Shown here: positions 30,142 through 40,335 of the stretch, piece by piece
How positions within the stretch are numbered: position 1 is the first letter of the stretch
Layout: each line of letters begins with the position of its first letter
Assembly (NCBI GenBank): GCA_958296135.2
Contig: CATQHZ020000001.1
Location: forward strand, 2,720,001-2,784,000
Length of the DNA: 64,000 nucleotides
Origin: an uncultured Poribacteria bacterium
GTDB lineage: Bacteria > Poribacteria > WGA-4E > WGA-3G
Reading direction: 5' to 3'
Notes under the pieces: model-generated
The model's database searches: none
What the model saw: only the letters and a program-made list of their open reading frames with translations
What the model was told of the DNA's origin: nothing
Program-made: the position numbers and the translations under genes

Positions 30142-30244
30142 TTGCTCAACGAACATCGCGTTTCACATTGCTCCACCTGTAGCGCGAGGGAAAACCCGGC
30201 GAGCGCGAATCGCCGAGGGTGCCCCTCGCGAACTCTTCATCCCC

Positions 30245-31438
30245 TTATTTCGGTGCCTTTGACAAATCCGGCAGGTCGCGGAGGATAAGCAGCAGCGGTG
30301 CCATCAACAACGGCAACATCACCAATCCGTCCAACACGATAGGCAAACCGAACAGGTCTCCCAATACACCGACGAGTTTATTCAACAGTCCGCCGACACC
30401 CCACGCCGCGCCCATCATCAGGCTAGACGCAATGTTTTCACGTCCCCGCAGCATCATCTGTGCAAGCACGATGTTAATCGTGATCGAACTCGCGAGGATA
30501 ACGTTGCCTAAAAAGAGGAAGACGAGGAAAGGCAGCCCTTCCGTGTGAAGCGACGCGTAGAGCAGGGGCGGCGCGCCGAGTAGCGAAAATAGCAACAGAA
30601 CATAGGTATTCACCCGGTCGGAGATCCAACCGCCGCCCATGATGCCCACCGAACCGGCAAAGATAAAGAGCGCGAGGATGAAAGAGCGGATCTGGTTCGG
30701 ATAGTCCCGGTTATCAAGATAGATAGACAAGAAACTTTCTAGGCCGACAGCCGTAACCGTCCGAAACGCGGCGATGATGAACAGCACGATGAGCGGTAAA
30801 AAGATGCCGCGCCGTAGCGGCGGCAGCGGCGATCCAACGTCTCTATCTCCATCAATAGAAACATTAAAATGGCGCGCGTCGCGAAACACCCACGGCACGC
30901 ACAACGCCACGATAACGCCCGGTACCATCCCCCACGCCAGTGAGGCCAGCCCGAAACGGTACGGCATCGCCATCAGTGCCAGCGGCCCGAGGGCGCGGCC
31001 GACGTTGCCGCCGGTGAGAAAAATCGAGGTGCCTAACCCTCTCCCTTCCGCGGCGAGCGCACCAGCATAAGTCGTCGCCTGCGGATGAAAGGCGGCGACT
31101 CCGAGCCCGCCAACAGCGAGGAGTAGATACACAATCAACTTGGAAGGCGCCAGCCCTAACAGACTCAGACAGACTGCAGTGAGTAAAACGCCGAAGGTCA
31201 GGAAATGCACCGTCCGCACCCGGTCTGACAGCCATCCGAAAAGAATTTGCCCCAACGAACTGAAGACGCTGTAGAGAGATACGAGTGTGCCAGCGAAACT
31301 ATTCCGCGCCGCTGTTGCAACAAGTTTCGTCAGCAGTAGCGGCAGCAAGTGCGATAATAGCGTCGCGTAAGAGTCCAACACCGTGTGCGTGAAGGTGAGG
31401 AAGTAGAATTGTTTGCGGGTGGATGGGGTGTTTTGCAT
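30245..31438 (-). CDS. MFS transporter (Fsr-like)
   Basis: GWLSDR, GVAAFHP, GGNVGRALGP, about 12 TM segments. Confidence 0.88.
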   Translation of the reverse strand: MQNTPSTRKQFYFLTFTHTVLDSYATLLSHLLPLLLTKLVATAARNSFAGTLVSLYSVFSSLGQILFGWLSDRVRTVHFLTFGVLLTAVCLSLLGLAPSKLIVYLLLAVGGLGVAAFHPQATTYAGALAAEGRGLGTSIFLTGGNVGRALGPLALMAMPYRFGLASLAWGMVPGVIVALCVPWVFRDARHFNVSIDGDRDVGSPLPPLRRGIFLPLIVLFIIAAFRTVTAVGLESFLSIYLDNRDYPNQIRSFILALFIFAGSVGIMGGGWISDRVNTYVLLLFSLLGAPPLLYASLHTEGLPFLVFLFLGNVILASSITINIVLAQMMLRGRENIASSLMMGAAWGVGGLLNKLVGVLGDLFGLPIVLDGLVMLPLLMAPLLLILRDLPDLSKAPK

Positions 31439-31475
31439 ACCGGGGCTCGCCCGTTACTTTTGTGCGGTATAGCAC

Positions 31476-32600
31476 CTAGGGATTCAATTGCAACTGCTTT
31501 ATCCCAAATGAAATCCGTCTATCTGGATTAGAGACTTCAAGCACCACGGCATCAACCTTTTCGCCAATTTGAACGACTTCAGACGGATAAGCCATATTGG
31601 ATTTATGAATGAGCCCTGAAACACCCGCTTCTACCTCAAGGAACGCGCCATAACTCGCCTTGTTAACAACCGTGCCTTGAACTATTGAACCGATCGGATA
31701 TTTCTCCTCGGCATCTATCCACGGATCCTGCGTCATCTGTTTCAAACTCAACGAGATTTCCTGATCTTCTCTGTCAACTCTGATGACCAGGGCTTCAACC
31801 TCATCTCCGATTGAAATGACTTCGGACGGATGCTCAATGCGTTTCCAATTCCAGGCCAATTCAGACTTGGGGACTAACCCCTCAACCCCGCCGAGGTTCA
31901 CAAACGCGCCAAAAGGCAGCAGCCTTTTCACGACACCTCGCACAGGAGTCCCGTTGTGATAAGCAGCGGAAATGGTTTCCCAATCCAGTGCCCGTTCGGC
32001 TGCCCCGTCTGCATCGTGCCTCGGAACAATGTCCAGATGACTCTCCGCTACGCGCGGCAAAGAGATAGCGGGTGGAGACGCCTCTGACTGATTGACAGGT
32101 GAAGGCGTAACGGTGATTTGCGGATGCTCGCCTAGCGATAATGGCAGTTCGCTGGTGTTACGGATGAGCTCATCGCGGAGAGTTAGCACGGCGCGTTTTT
32201 CTTCGGTGGCGTTGATAAGCCCGAGCACCTCGGCGATGTCATACAGGCGAGCTCTGGCATATTCCGGATCGATGTCTTGGGTGGCGGGATGTGCAACGTG
32301 ATTTCGTGCTTCTCCTATTATCCCTATCGTACTCCGAACATCCTTATTGCGGTCGAAAAGCGATTCAAAGTAGGATGCCCCAGTGTGGAGCGGGAGATGC
32401 TCGGGAGGAGACCAGTATCTTCGGAGGAGATGAGGGACATCCTTAATATCTATATCAGCCTCGCTTTGGATCGAGGCTTCGCCTTCCCGATTCGGAAGTG
32501 CCCCTAGCACCCGCGCCATAAACGGTCGAATAGCAGGGAAGTAGAGCTGGTAGATTGCTTTATAGAGCACGTGTTGGTTGGGATATTTTATCATATTCAC
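31476..32600 (-). CDS. Swt1-like HEPN domain fused to two S1 RNA-binding domains
   Basis: EARNHVAH (RxxxxH); FGAFVNLGGVEGLVPKSELAW and YGAFLEVEAGVSGLIHKS S1 repeats. Confidence 0.75.
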   Translation of the reverse strand: MNMIKYPNQHVLYKAIYQLYFPAIRPFMARVLGALPNREGEASIQSEADIDIKDVPHLLRRYWSPPEHLPLHTGASYFESLFDRNKDVRSTIGIIGEARNHVAHPATQDIDPEYARARLYDIAEVLGLINATEEKRAVLTLRDELIRNTSELPLSLGEHPQITVTPSPVNQSEASPPAISLPRVAESHLDIVPRHDADGAAERALDWETISAAYHNGTPVRGVVKRLLPFGAFVNLGGVEGLVPKSELAWNWKRIEHPSEVISIGDEVEALVIRVDREDQEISLSLKQMTQDPWIDAEEKYPIGSIVQGTVVNKASYGAFLEVEAGVSGLIHKSNMAYPSEVVQIGEKVDAVVLEVSNPDRRISFGIKQLQLNP

Positions 32601-32756
32601 CTCTGTAAATCCGATTATTTTTTTGGCGATGAAAGCTTAGATGGCCGTTTGCTCTGAATCTAAAACGATTTCGTTATCCGGTAGGTGTGCGGTGATGGCG
32701 CGGTTCCCTATTAAAAAGCGCGTAGGGAACCGAAAACCGAATGACGTTGTTAATTA

Positions 32757-32785
32757 ATTATACACTAATTGTAGAGAAATGTCAA
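32757..32785 (-). promoter_or_regulatory. Consensus sigma70 promoter for the HEPN-S1 gene
   Basis: TTGACA-N17-TATAAT on the minus strand. Confidence 0.75.
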
Positions 32786-32931
32786 TTTTTTTCTGCGCGA
32801 AAATCTCTGGAACTTTCAGAGCTCATTTGTCTGAATCTCGGATTTACAAGATGAGGGAAATTTCGGGCTCTCGGCATCACACCGGATCATCAGCGGTCTG
32901 CCAAAAAACAACCAAAACGACAAAAATAGTG

Positions 32932-33156
32932 TTACGTGGGAATCCAGCACGGTATGCGTGAAGGTGAGGAAGTAGATTCGTCCTCAACGACCTTGGGGAG
33001 TTTTTCTTCAACCGGTGGGGCGGCCAGAGATGCCTCTGTCGTCTCTACGTCGGGTTCGGATTGCTGTTCAATCTTTTCATTGATAGTCCCTGCTACTGCG
33101 AGCAGAAAAATAATGGCAAGGATGACGAAATGCTTTCTTTTCACGATATACTCCAT
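32932..33156 (-). CDS. Small hypothetical protein with N-terminal TM/signal (possibly a remnant)
   Basis: Hydrophobic N-terminus and acidic tail. Confidence 0.4.
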   Translation of the reverse strand: MEYIVKRKHFVILAIIFLLAVAGTINEKIEQQSEPDVETTEASLAAPPVEEKLPKVVEDESTSSPSRIPCWIPT

Positions 33157-33188
33157 TTGAGAAAAAGTCTACCGGAGAGTCAAGTCCC

Positions 33189-34223
33189 TCAATAGAATCT
33201 CTGTTTCGTTGAAATGAGATAGGAGTAAACCCCAACCTCGTTTGATTGACTAGGTGGCGTTCCGAATACTGCATTAGTTCCTGCAATAACTGCCCCTCCT
33301 GCAATAACCGCGCCAATCGGGTCTCCGCTGAAATAGTTCCATGCTGCCCCTGTTAAACCGATTGCAAACGAAATAGGTTTTCTCCAAGAACTACGATATG
33401 TCTTCCTCAATGCATGAGAAGCATTTTCTAATTCTTCTTGACGTTGTTCAAACCTCATTGCACGTTCTTCTGGCGGCATGAGGCTGAGGTCGCGCGCAAA
33501 TTGACGGACTGATAGGATATAATCTCGGTGTTGAGAGTAATGCTGCTGACGGAAATCAAGCACCTCGTCAATAGGAACTCTGCCGAGATCAACACCCACC
33601 TTTGCCATGTCAAACGAAACAATCTCGCCAATGGAAGGTGACGAAGATTTCGGTCCTGAGATGATCTCCTTCAGGGCATTAACGATATTTCCACGATCGG
33701 TTGCCGGGGAAAGTGTCAACCCCATACTGTCCCCTTTTCCCCTGAGAATCTGGGCAAGGAGAATCAAAATCAACGTTTCTACGGTTCGATGCAGTGGAAT
33801 GGAAACGCCATCCTCAGAGTCACCCGCCAAACCACGTGACTTGAGTTTTTGGAAAATGGTAGCAGCAAGTTTCCGATTGCTAGAATACCCGAGCTTTGAC
33901 ATTGCCAAGGAACCGAAGGCAGAACGTCCATAGTCCTTACCCCTGGTTAGGTAGTCTAATCTCCCAGAGGATATTATATCAGCGAGTACGCTGGCTAACG
34001 CTTCGGCAACTTCTTCATCAACTGTTTTTTCCGGGCGAATCACGTAAAACAGTCCATGTTCCTTCAGTGAAGAAATAATTGCGAGGTTATCAAATGTATG
34101 CTGAGCTGCCATGTTGTCAGGGACTAACACGGCAATTCCATCAAAGAAACAGACTAGGTTTTTAATCCAGTCTACGTCTCTCCAAGATTGGCCAGGGTAG
34201 TAGAAGGCAACGTCTGGTTTCAT
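33189..34223 (-). CDS. Hypothetical protein (DUF6236-like N-terminus) with C-terminal hydrophobic hairpin
   Basis: AFYYP...WIK....FDGI...VP; appears more AT-rich than neighbours. Confidence 0.6.
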   Translation of the reverse strand: MKPDVAFYYPGQSWRDVDWIKNLVCFFDGIAVLVPDNMAAQHTFDNLAIISSLKEHGLFYVIRPEKTVDEEVAEALASVLADIISSGRLDYLTRGKDYGRSAFGSLAMSKLGYSSNRKLAATIFQKLKSRGLAGDSEDGVSIPLHRTVETLILILLAQILRGKGDSMGLTLSPATDRGNIVNALKEIISGPKSSSPSIGEIVSFDMAKVGVDLGRVPIDEVLDFRQQHYSQHRDYILSVRQFARDLSLMPPEERAMRFEQRQEELENASHALRKTYRSSWRKPISFAIGLTGAAWNYFSGDPIGAVIAGGAVIAGTNAVFGTPPSQSNEVGVYSYLISTKQRFY

Positions 34224-34618
34224 AATTTAAAACTCCGAAGCATCGTCAGACAAGATCTTGCGACAACAGTTTGACATTAATGAATGCGCCATGTTTCGGG
34301 AATTTCAGTCGCGCACCTTGGGACCCAGCGAACGCAATTCAAGCGTTATTTCAATTGCCAGATGTCTCATTCGGCCCCGCGCGAACATCGCGCTAGCGCA
34401 GTTCACACAACACATTAATTATACCACATTTGCAGCGATTTTGCAAATTAAAATGCGCGATGTACAGAAACATGTTGAACCTAACGGTGCTAAGCATCAG
34501 GGAACCCTGACATGCTATAAACCTGTCGTGCCTAACAGCACTCAACAACGGAAATACCGGTGGCACTCCAAAGAGGTTCAATAGCGCAGGCTTCCTAATC
34601 GTGTTAATCGCGGAGATC

Positions 34619-34651
34619 TGTCATCTCTGTAGACAACGCTGCAGAGATGTC
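34619..34651. repeat. Palindrome family C (GACATCTCTGCAG...CTGCAGAGATGACA)
   Basis: Copies at 34619-34651 (inverted), ~39612-39648 and ~40276-40310. Confidence 0.75.
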
Positions 34652-34774
34652 TTTCTTGTAGATGCAACCTTGGAAATCCTGATTCAGAAAAAATGCCTTG
34701 ACAAATGGACTGGAATAAGGTATCCTATTTACAAACCATGCATCGGTTGCATGCTAATTGATAAGGATGGGATT

Positions 34775-34999
34775 ATGGACAATAAATTTTGGGATATGAT
34801 TTTTCGGTGGATGGATCGCATTGAAAATCGTCTCGCTGTGATTGAGCAAGACATGAAAGAGTTGATTAAGAATAAAGGGAAATTGGAAGGACATTCTGAG
34901 GCTTCTTCAAAGCATCGCTCGCTTTGGACGCTTGTCCTCAGTCTCATTGGGGCTATTAGCGGACTCATCGCGCTCACCGTCAGTCTGAAAAATTGTTGA
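34775..34999 (+). CDS. Small coiled-coil protein with C-terminal TM helix
   Basis: MDRIENRLAVIEQDMKEL plus TM; upstream TTGACA-N17-TATCCT and AAGGA RBS. Confidence 0.6.
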   Translation: MDNKFWDMIFRWMDRIENRLAVIEQDMKELIKNKGKLEGHSEASSKHRSLWTLVLSLIGAISGLIALTVSLKNC

Positions 35000-35158
35000 G
35001 CCCCTTTTGTGGAGCCTCGTCAATTTTGACATTTCCGAAATTTCAGATTTACTCGGATAAGGGCTGCACATTAGGGTATATCTGTCAGGAAATTAACCCT
35101 CAGAAAACAAGATTGACTTCTTCCGTTCTCTAGAGGGTTAATTTTGCATCGCCGATGC

Positions 35159-35446
35159 CTAGAATTCCCGCAAAGTGAAATATGTCCATGCCTCAGCGAA
35201 ATTATCCGCGCCCGGATAACTGCCGCCGTAGGTGAAAAAATAGTCTCGGTTAGTCGCGCGTCCTAATCTTTCACGAATATCCCAGATAACCTGAACATCA
35301 CGCTTATCTTTTGGACGGACATTAATCTGGAGTCCGCCAAAGTTCCGGTCGCGTTGATGACGCTCTTCATCATATTCTAGATAAGGATACTCCTCCAGAA
35401 TTTGATTGAGAGCCTCTACGACTTGTCTGTCTTCTGATAATCTCAC
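35159..35446 (-). CDS. Hypothetical protein
   Basis: GTG start with an AGGAG-type RBS; 95 aa. Confidence 0.55.
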   Translation of the reverse strand: MRLSEDRQVVEALNQILEEYPYLEYDEERHQRDRNFGGLQINVRPKDKRDVQVIWDIRERLGRATNRDYFFTYGGSYPGADNFAEAWTYFTLREF

Positions 35447-35630
35447 AACATGCTCCTCCTCTGCAATCGGTTGGAAATGCGGGACGAGTGCGCGGTCCCG
35501 CTTTTAAACCGCGCGGGGAACCAAAAATCGAATGTTACAAGAATTATACCAGATCTCCGACGGTTTTGCAAATGAAAATCAGCGGAGCGGAAAGGATACT
35601 CCTCACGAACCCGCGCATCACAAAGCGCAC

Positions 35631-35903
35631 TTAACTGTATGCCCTGCCACGCGGATGAATGCCGCTGACAATGCACTTACGCCGTCGGGTATCTACACTA
35701 TAAAAAATCCGATAACTTCCGACACGGTACCGGTATTGCCCCGCATACCGTCCCCGCAGTTTGGTGATATTAGGCCCGAAAAAGGGATTCTGCATTAACG
35801 TATCAATTGCTGTGTCAACTCGCCGCGTCATATTCTCATCAAGCCTATTGTAATGAGTGTCGGCTTCGCTCGTGAATTGAATCTCAAACGTCGCGTTTAA
35901 CAT
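35631..35903 (-). CDS. RelE/ParE family toxin
   Basis: KLRG...YRYRVGSYRIFYSV...IHPRGRAY. Confidence 0.88.
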   Translation of the reverse strand: MLNATFEIQFTSEADTHYNRLDENMTRRVDTAIDTLMQNPFFGPNITKLRGRYAGQYRYRVGSYRIFYSVDTRRRKCIVSGIHPRGRAYS

Positions 35904-36264
35904 CGTTCCAGCTCTTGAGCCGCCCTGCTTTGATATCGGCCTCGGCCCGCGCTAAACTCTCCGCGATTTCAGGCGAATTTGCCAATTCGCGCGTTGCCGC
36001 CCAGGCTTCCTGTTCCTCCTTCTGCACCTCATGACGTTTGGCTAGTCTGATCCTACCCGCCCGGATTTGTGCCTTTATCCACGAATCTTCCATTACCCGG
36101 CTACCCATACAGCCTTTTTTCCTCCCCGGTTCCAATTTTTCTGTAGGAGAATAAGCGATTGTGCCGCTACGGTTGGACAGCCACTTCCGCATAATCAGCT
36201 TCATCTCAGCGTTGTCCGCATCCATGAATTGATGAAAAGTTTCCGCATCTAAAATAATGTCCAT
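35884..36264 (-). CDS. Probable chimeric ORF: PIN-like N-terminus plus antitoxin-like C-terminus
   Basis: MDIILDA start; C-terminal ATRELANSPEIAESLARAEADIKAGRLKSW is typical of Phd/RelB-type tails; overlaps relE. Confidence 0.5.
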   Translation of the reverse strand: MDIILDAETFHQFMDADNAEMKLIMRKWLSNRSGTIAYSPTEKLEPGRKKGCMGSRVMEDSWIKAQIRAGRIRLAKRHEVQKEEQEAWAATRELANSPEIAESLARAEADIKAGRLKSWNDVKRDV

Positions 36265-36267
36265 CGT

Positions 36268-37560
36268 TTAATCCTCAAAACCCATGAGCCGGTCGGTTTC
36301 TTTCAGGAAAAACTCCCGATAATGCGGCGGGACACCCACTAGGTTGCCCATTTCGTCAAATCCGATGTTATGCACCTTGACGAGATTCCCTTTCGGTTCA
36401 AAATAGACCAGGGACACATCTTCGGGACGAATGTGCCCATTTCGGATGTCGATGCGCGCGCGATCGATCATATAGTCGCTGTGCGTTTCAATGATGAACG
36501 ACCGGTTACTCGTGCTTGCCAACTGAACGAGTAGCGAGGAGAGCTCCGCCTGCGCTTTGGGGTGTAGATGGACTTCCGGTTGTTGTAGCAAGAAAAATGG
36601 ACTCTCGCCATACGCGTCAAAATCCAAAATCTGAACCAGAATGGGCAAAATTTGACTGACACCGTAGCCGACATCAACGATATTGGTACTAGGGCCTCGG
36701 ACCTTGAATTTCAATTGGAACGGGTCACCCAAGGAACGTCCAAGGTTCTTTACCTCTACATTCTGAAACAAGCCGGAGCTCTTTCCAAATTTGACTAACT
36801 GCGCTTTTAGTGCAGCCCAATCGTCTTTTTGGGTTGTTGCCATCCGCATTAACTGCATCGGAACATCGCTACCTTCGGGATCGCTGAATTCGCGTGTCGG
36901 ATCATAGGTGCGTTTGGGCCTTGAGCGAATCGGGGATGTACTAAATACCGATAGATGGTTCCAGATATCCCACGATGTGTATTCACTCGCTTCCAAAAAT
37001 TTCGCTAGGGCATTTTTCCCCTCAGATTCCCCTTCTAAAATACCCGTGGATAGGTCTAGAAAACGGAAAAGGGAGAAACTAGGAAAGAGATCCCATATAC
37101 TAGCCCCACAAACTATTTGATAATGATTCTGTTCGTCATCAAAGTAGGCTAAGCGCAGAAAATGTTCTGGTTCATCTCCAGATTTAAAAACGATTTCGCC
37201 ATCAGTGAATTTCACCGTGACTGAATTCACAGCAGGCTCAATTCGTTCCTTTTTTTGAACAAATTCGACCGTCCACTCAACATCTCGATTAGCGTGTCTA
37301 TAGGCAATCCGTAGTTTAAACGCCTTCTCTTTTTTGCGGCTGTTTCTGACGATGTCCTTAAAGGTGCCCATGGGATAAGGATCGGCATTAAAATCAAGTT
37401 CGTTACGACGCAAATAGTTTGCCAACACCTGGAAACAGGCAAGTGCCGTTGTTTTGCCGGTGCTGTTCTCGCCGACTAGGAACGTGAGAGGCCGAATTTC
37501 TAGCGTCTGGCGTTCGCTAAAACAGCGGACCTCTTCCATTGTGAATTGCGTAATCTTCAT
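36268..37560 (-). CDS. ABC-type AAA ATPase (AAA_15/AAA_21, DUF3696-like C-terminus)
   Basis: GENSTGKT, VGYGVSQILP, QQPEVHLHPKAQ, IETHS. Start at MKITQF. Confidence 0.8.
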   Translation of the reverse strand: MKITQFTMEEVRCFSERQTLEIRPLTFLVGENSTGKTTALACFQVLANYLRRNELDFNADPYPMGTFKDIVRNSRKKEKAFKLRIAYRHANRDVEWTVEFVQKKERIEPAVNSVTVKFTDGEIVFKSGDEPEHFLRLAYFDDEQNHYQIVCGASIWDLFPSFSLFRFLDLSTGILEGESEGKNALAKFLEASEYTSWDIWNHLSVFSTSPIRSRPKRTYDPTREFSDPEGSDVPMQLMRMATTQKDDWAALKAQLVKFGKSSGLFQNVEVKNLGRSLGDPFQLKFKVRGPSTNIVDVGYGVSQILPILVQILDFDAYGESPFFLLQQPEVHLHPKAQAELSSLLVQLASTSNRSFIIETHSDYMIDRARIDIRNGHIRPEDVSLVYFEPKGNLVKVHNIGFDEMGNLVGVPPHYREFFLKETDRLMGFED

Positions 37561-37783
37561 CGTTTTATCTCCGCAAGCGTTACGTGTCAAATATCCTGCG
37601 AATAAACTCTCCGGAGTTGCAGTACCGAATTTCAGGAAAACCGCCGGTCTACAAATTGACTGCCTCCATCTTCAAGTTAGGGGTAGTGAAAAATCGCGAA
37701 GTTCAAGTGCCACTTCTTCGCCACGACAAGGCACGACTCCGCGCATTTGACCATCTATAGTATACCACGAAATTGTCAAAAAG

Positions 37784-39619
37784 TCAAATCTTTTTTCGGG
37801 TGGAATGTGTTGCCTGGTCCCGATTCAATTTCCGCCTCGCGCGCCAATACGCAAACTGCCGCAGATAATAGCCCACATTTTTACGGATATTCACAAAATC
37901 CTGAATGAATTGGCACTTTCCGCCGATCACAATCAACTCACGTTTCGCGCGCGTCATGGCGACATAGAAGACGCGCCGCTCCGCTTGGATATCGTCGCTA
38001 CGATGCGGGAAATGCCGGCCAAGCGTGTTTTGGACGAGGAGCACTCGCTCGTATTCACATCCCTTCGCTTTGTGGATAGTAGTTATCTCTACCGAACCGG
38101 GAGGCCCGCTTTGGACGCGCGCTCGGCGGAGAATCTTTTTGAGTTCAGCAACTTCATAGTTAGTGCGAGCGAGGATGCCAGTCTCCCGCCGCCCTGCTAA
38201 TTCTGCCAATAGGATTTCGGCTAGCGTTTCGGGTGTTGTCTCCACAACGTTTATCTCAAACTGCATCGGGTTTTGGGCGCGGAGGTTTTTCTTGATGCGA
38301 CGGAGGTTTTTCTCCATGCGAGGCACGTTCTTCTCAATTAAGGCTCGCGCATGCTCAACGATGGTTGACGTGGAACGGTAGTTGAGCGTGATTTCGTATT
38401 TTTTGACATCGCGTCGACTGGCGAACGTCTGCATAATCTCCGAATTGCCGCCGCGAAACCCGTAAATCGCCTGATCATCGTCGCCGACAGCAAACAGATT
38501 CTCCGACAATAGCGAAATGAGCCGAAAATCGGTTGGGGCAATATCCTGAAACTCATCCACCAGCACATACGGATATTGATCTACGTAAGTCTCCCGTAAG
38601 TCCGGGCAAACTTCTAGGAGGTGCGCTGCGTAGATGAGCATGTCCTCAAAATCGATGGCGTTCGCCTCCGTTTTAACCTTCTCGTATTTCTCGGCGAAGG
38701 CGCGGGCAACCCGGTCATTGAGAGAAGTCGGGTCGAACAGCCCAGTTTCAACCTGCCGTTTGGCGCGCATAACTACCTCTTTTATCGTGTCAAACTGGGC
38801 GCGAAGGTCTTCAAAATCGAGTTCTCTATCAAGATGTGCAGTGTAAGCGATGCCGAAATGCTGGCAGAACATCTCCAACATGAGTTGGTTACTATACCGT
38901 TCGCGCAACGGATCTGCGCGATTAAACACACCAGCACGGGCTCTATAGAACGAAATCCAGCCCGCCTCGCGGCGATTCGCATCACGGCCGGCAACCCATT
39001 CCAGCACCTCAAAATTGAAGTTATCAACTCCTTCGGCACGGATGGATTGCCGAAGTCTATCGTTTGAGGAGTAACTGAAGTGTTCCCCTCTCCGGCGTTC
39101 CGGGTTCATCGTTTGCCCGATGTAACACCGCCCGGTCTTCTTGCTCGCAATTTTATAGAGAGCAACTCTGGTAGCAGCAGTTTCGCGTGCCAGTTGCTGT
39201 CGCTCTTCCTGAATGACTTGTTCAATTTGCGAAGCCCAGATTTGCGGTTTTTGCGAGAATCCGGCACGAGCGTAGTGCGCCATCACAATATCTTTGCCGA
39301 ACGCGTGCAGCGTGCGAATGGTAACGGGAGCCGCACTTCTCGCTGAAACGCGAGTCTCCATTTCCTCAACTGCTTTCTTATTAAAGGCGATGGCGAGGAT
39401 ATCCGATGGCGGCACATTGTGCGCGTGGATAAGGTTTAGGATGCGTTCGGTGATGACCGTGGTTTTCCCACTTCCAGGCCCGGCGACAACGATGGCGGGG
39501 CCTGTGACATGATTCACGGCTTTTCGCTGGTTTTTGTCGAGTTGCATTTGTTTATTACTCAGAGCAATCCAGTTCTCCCCGCTGTAGTTCGGAATCGACC
39601 CGTGTCGAACAGTGGACAT
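37784..39619 (-). CDS. UvrD/Rep-like SF1 helicase with an inserted GIY-YIG domain
   Basis: AGPGSGKT, VDEFQD, VGDDDQAIYGFRG, NYRS, TIHKAKGCEY, YVAMTRAK; insert LYKI...YIGQT...R..EH...E. Confidence 0.85.
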   Translation of the reverse strand: MSTVRHGSIPNYSGENWIALSNKQMQLDKNQRKAVNHVTGPAIVVAGPGSGKTTVITERILNLIHAHNVPPSDILAIAFNKKAVEEMETRVSARSAAPVTIRTLHAFGKDIVMAHYARAGFSQKPQIWASQIEQVIQEERQQLARETAATRVALYKIASKKTGRCYIGQTMNPERRRGEHFSYSSNDRLRQSIRAEGVDNFNFEVLEWVAGRDANRREAGWISFYRARAGVFNRADPLRERYSNQLMLEMFCQHFGIAYTAHLDRELDFEDLRAQFDTIKEVVMRAKRQVETGLFDPTSLNDRVARAFAEKYEKVKTEANAIDFEDMLIYAAHLLEVCPDLRETYVDQYPYVLVDEFQDIAPTDFRLISLLSENLFAVGDDDQAIYGFRGGNSEIMQTFASRRDVKKYEITLNYRSTSTIVEHARALIEKNVPRMEKNLRRIKKNLRAQNPMQFEINVVETTPETLAEILLAELAGRRETGILARTNYEVAELKKILRRARVQSGPPGSVEITTIHKAKGCEYERVLLVQNTLGRHFPHRSDDIQAERRVFYVAMTRAKRELIVIGGKCQFIQDFVNIRKNVGYYLRQFAYWRARRKLNRDQATHSTRKKI

Positions 39620-39757
39620 CTCTGCAGGGAAACCTGCAGAGATGACAGCGTTGAGGCGTAACAGTCAAGATCCGGCGAGCTGGTTTCCCTACGCGGGCAG
39701 GGCAGCGCATTTTCACTTGGGAATACCAGGAACTGAAGACGAAATACCTCCGGTCTA

Positions 39758-40192
39758 TTACTTCGGAATTTGACGCACCCACAATAGCAACGCCAGATTC
39801 ATCGCACCGACAAAACCGAAAACGTAGGATTGGATGCCCACCAACACTGCGGTTGACTGAATAAAGATGCTCCCCGCAACCGGTAAACCGAGAGCAAGGC
39901 AGGTATAGTAGGTGAGGCTTTTCGCGCCGCTCGCTTGCCAGAAGGTTAACTGGCGTTTCAAAACCTGCAGATAGGTGCGTTGCCACAGCCGCGCCGTCCA
40001 CTCCCCCTGCATAAATCCGAGAATAACGCCCAGCGCATACCCGAAAATCGCCCAACGCAGGTCGATCCGCGAATCTTGCGAGACAGCAAATATCCAGAGC
40101 AACTGCCCAAGCAGCGACACGACGATGAACGCCCAAAAGACTGGAAGTTTCATGTAGAAGGGGAGGAGACTGCGCGTGAGTTTGCGGCTCAT
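39758..40192 (-). CDS. Hypothetical membrane protein
   Basis: About four hydrophobic segments. Start trimmed to MSRKL because the upstream part is REP DNA. Confidence 0.65.
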   Translation of the reverse strand: MSRKLTRSLLPFYMKLPVFWAFIVVSLLGQLLWIFAVSQDSRIDLRWAIFGYALGVILGFMQGEWTARLWQRTYLQVLKRQLTFWQASGAKSLTYYTCLALGLPVAGSIFIQSTAVLVGIQSYVFGFVGAMNLALLLWVRQIPK

Positions 40193-40335
40193 GTTTTTTG
40201 TCAAATCTGGGCACGGCGAAGGACAAACCCTCGCCCTACGGAATTTTGTAATGTCGCCGGACGTGGCGAGGGACAGTGGACATCTCTGCAGCAAGGCTGC
40301 AGAGATGACAAAGTTTCGGCGTGACGGCCCTCGCC

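Noticed and set aside
38910-39170. GIY-YIG insert as an intein or intron homing endonuclease
   Set aside because: No C/S start or HN-C/S/T end motif, it is too short for splicing domains, and the frame is continuous.
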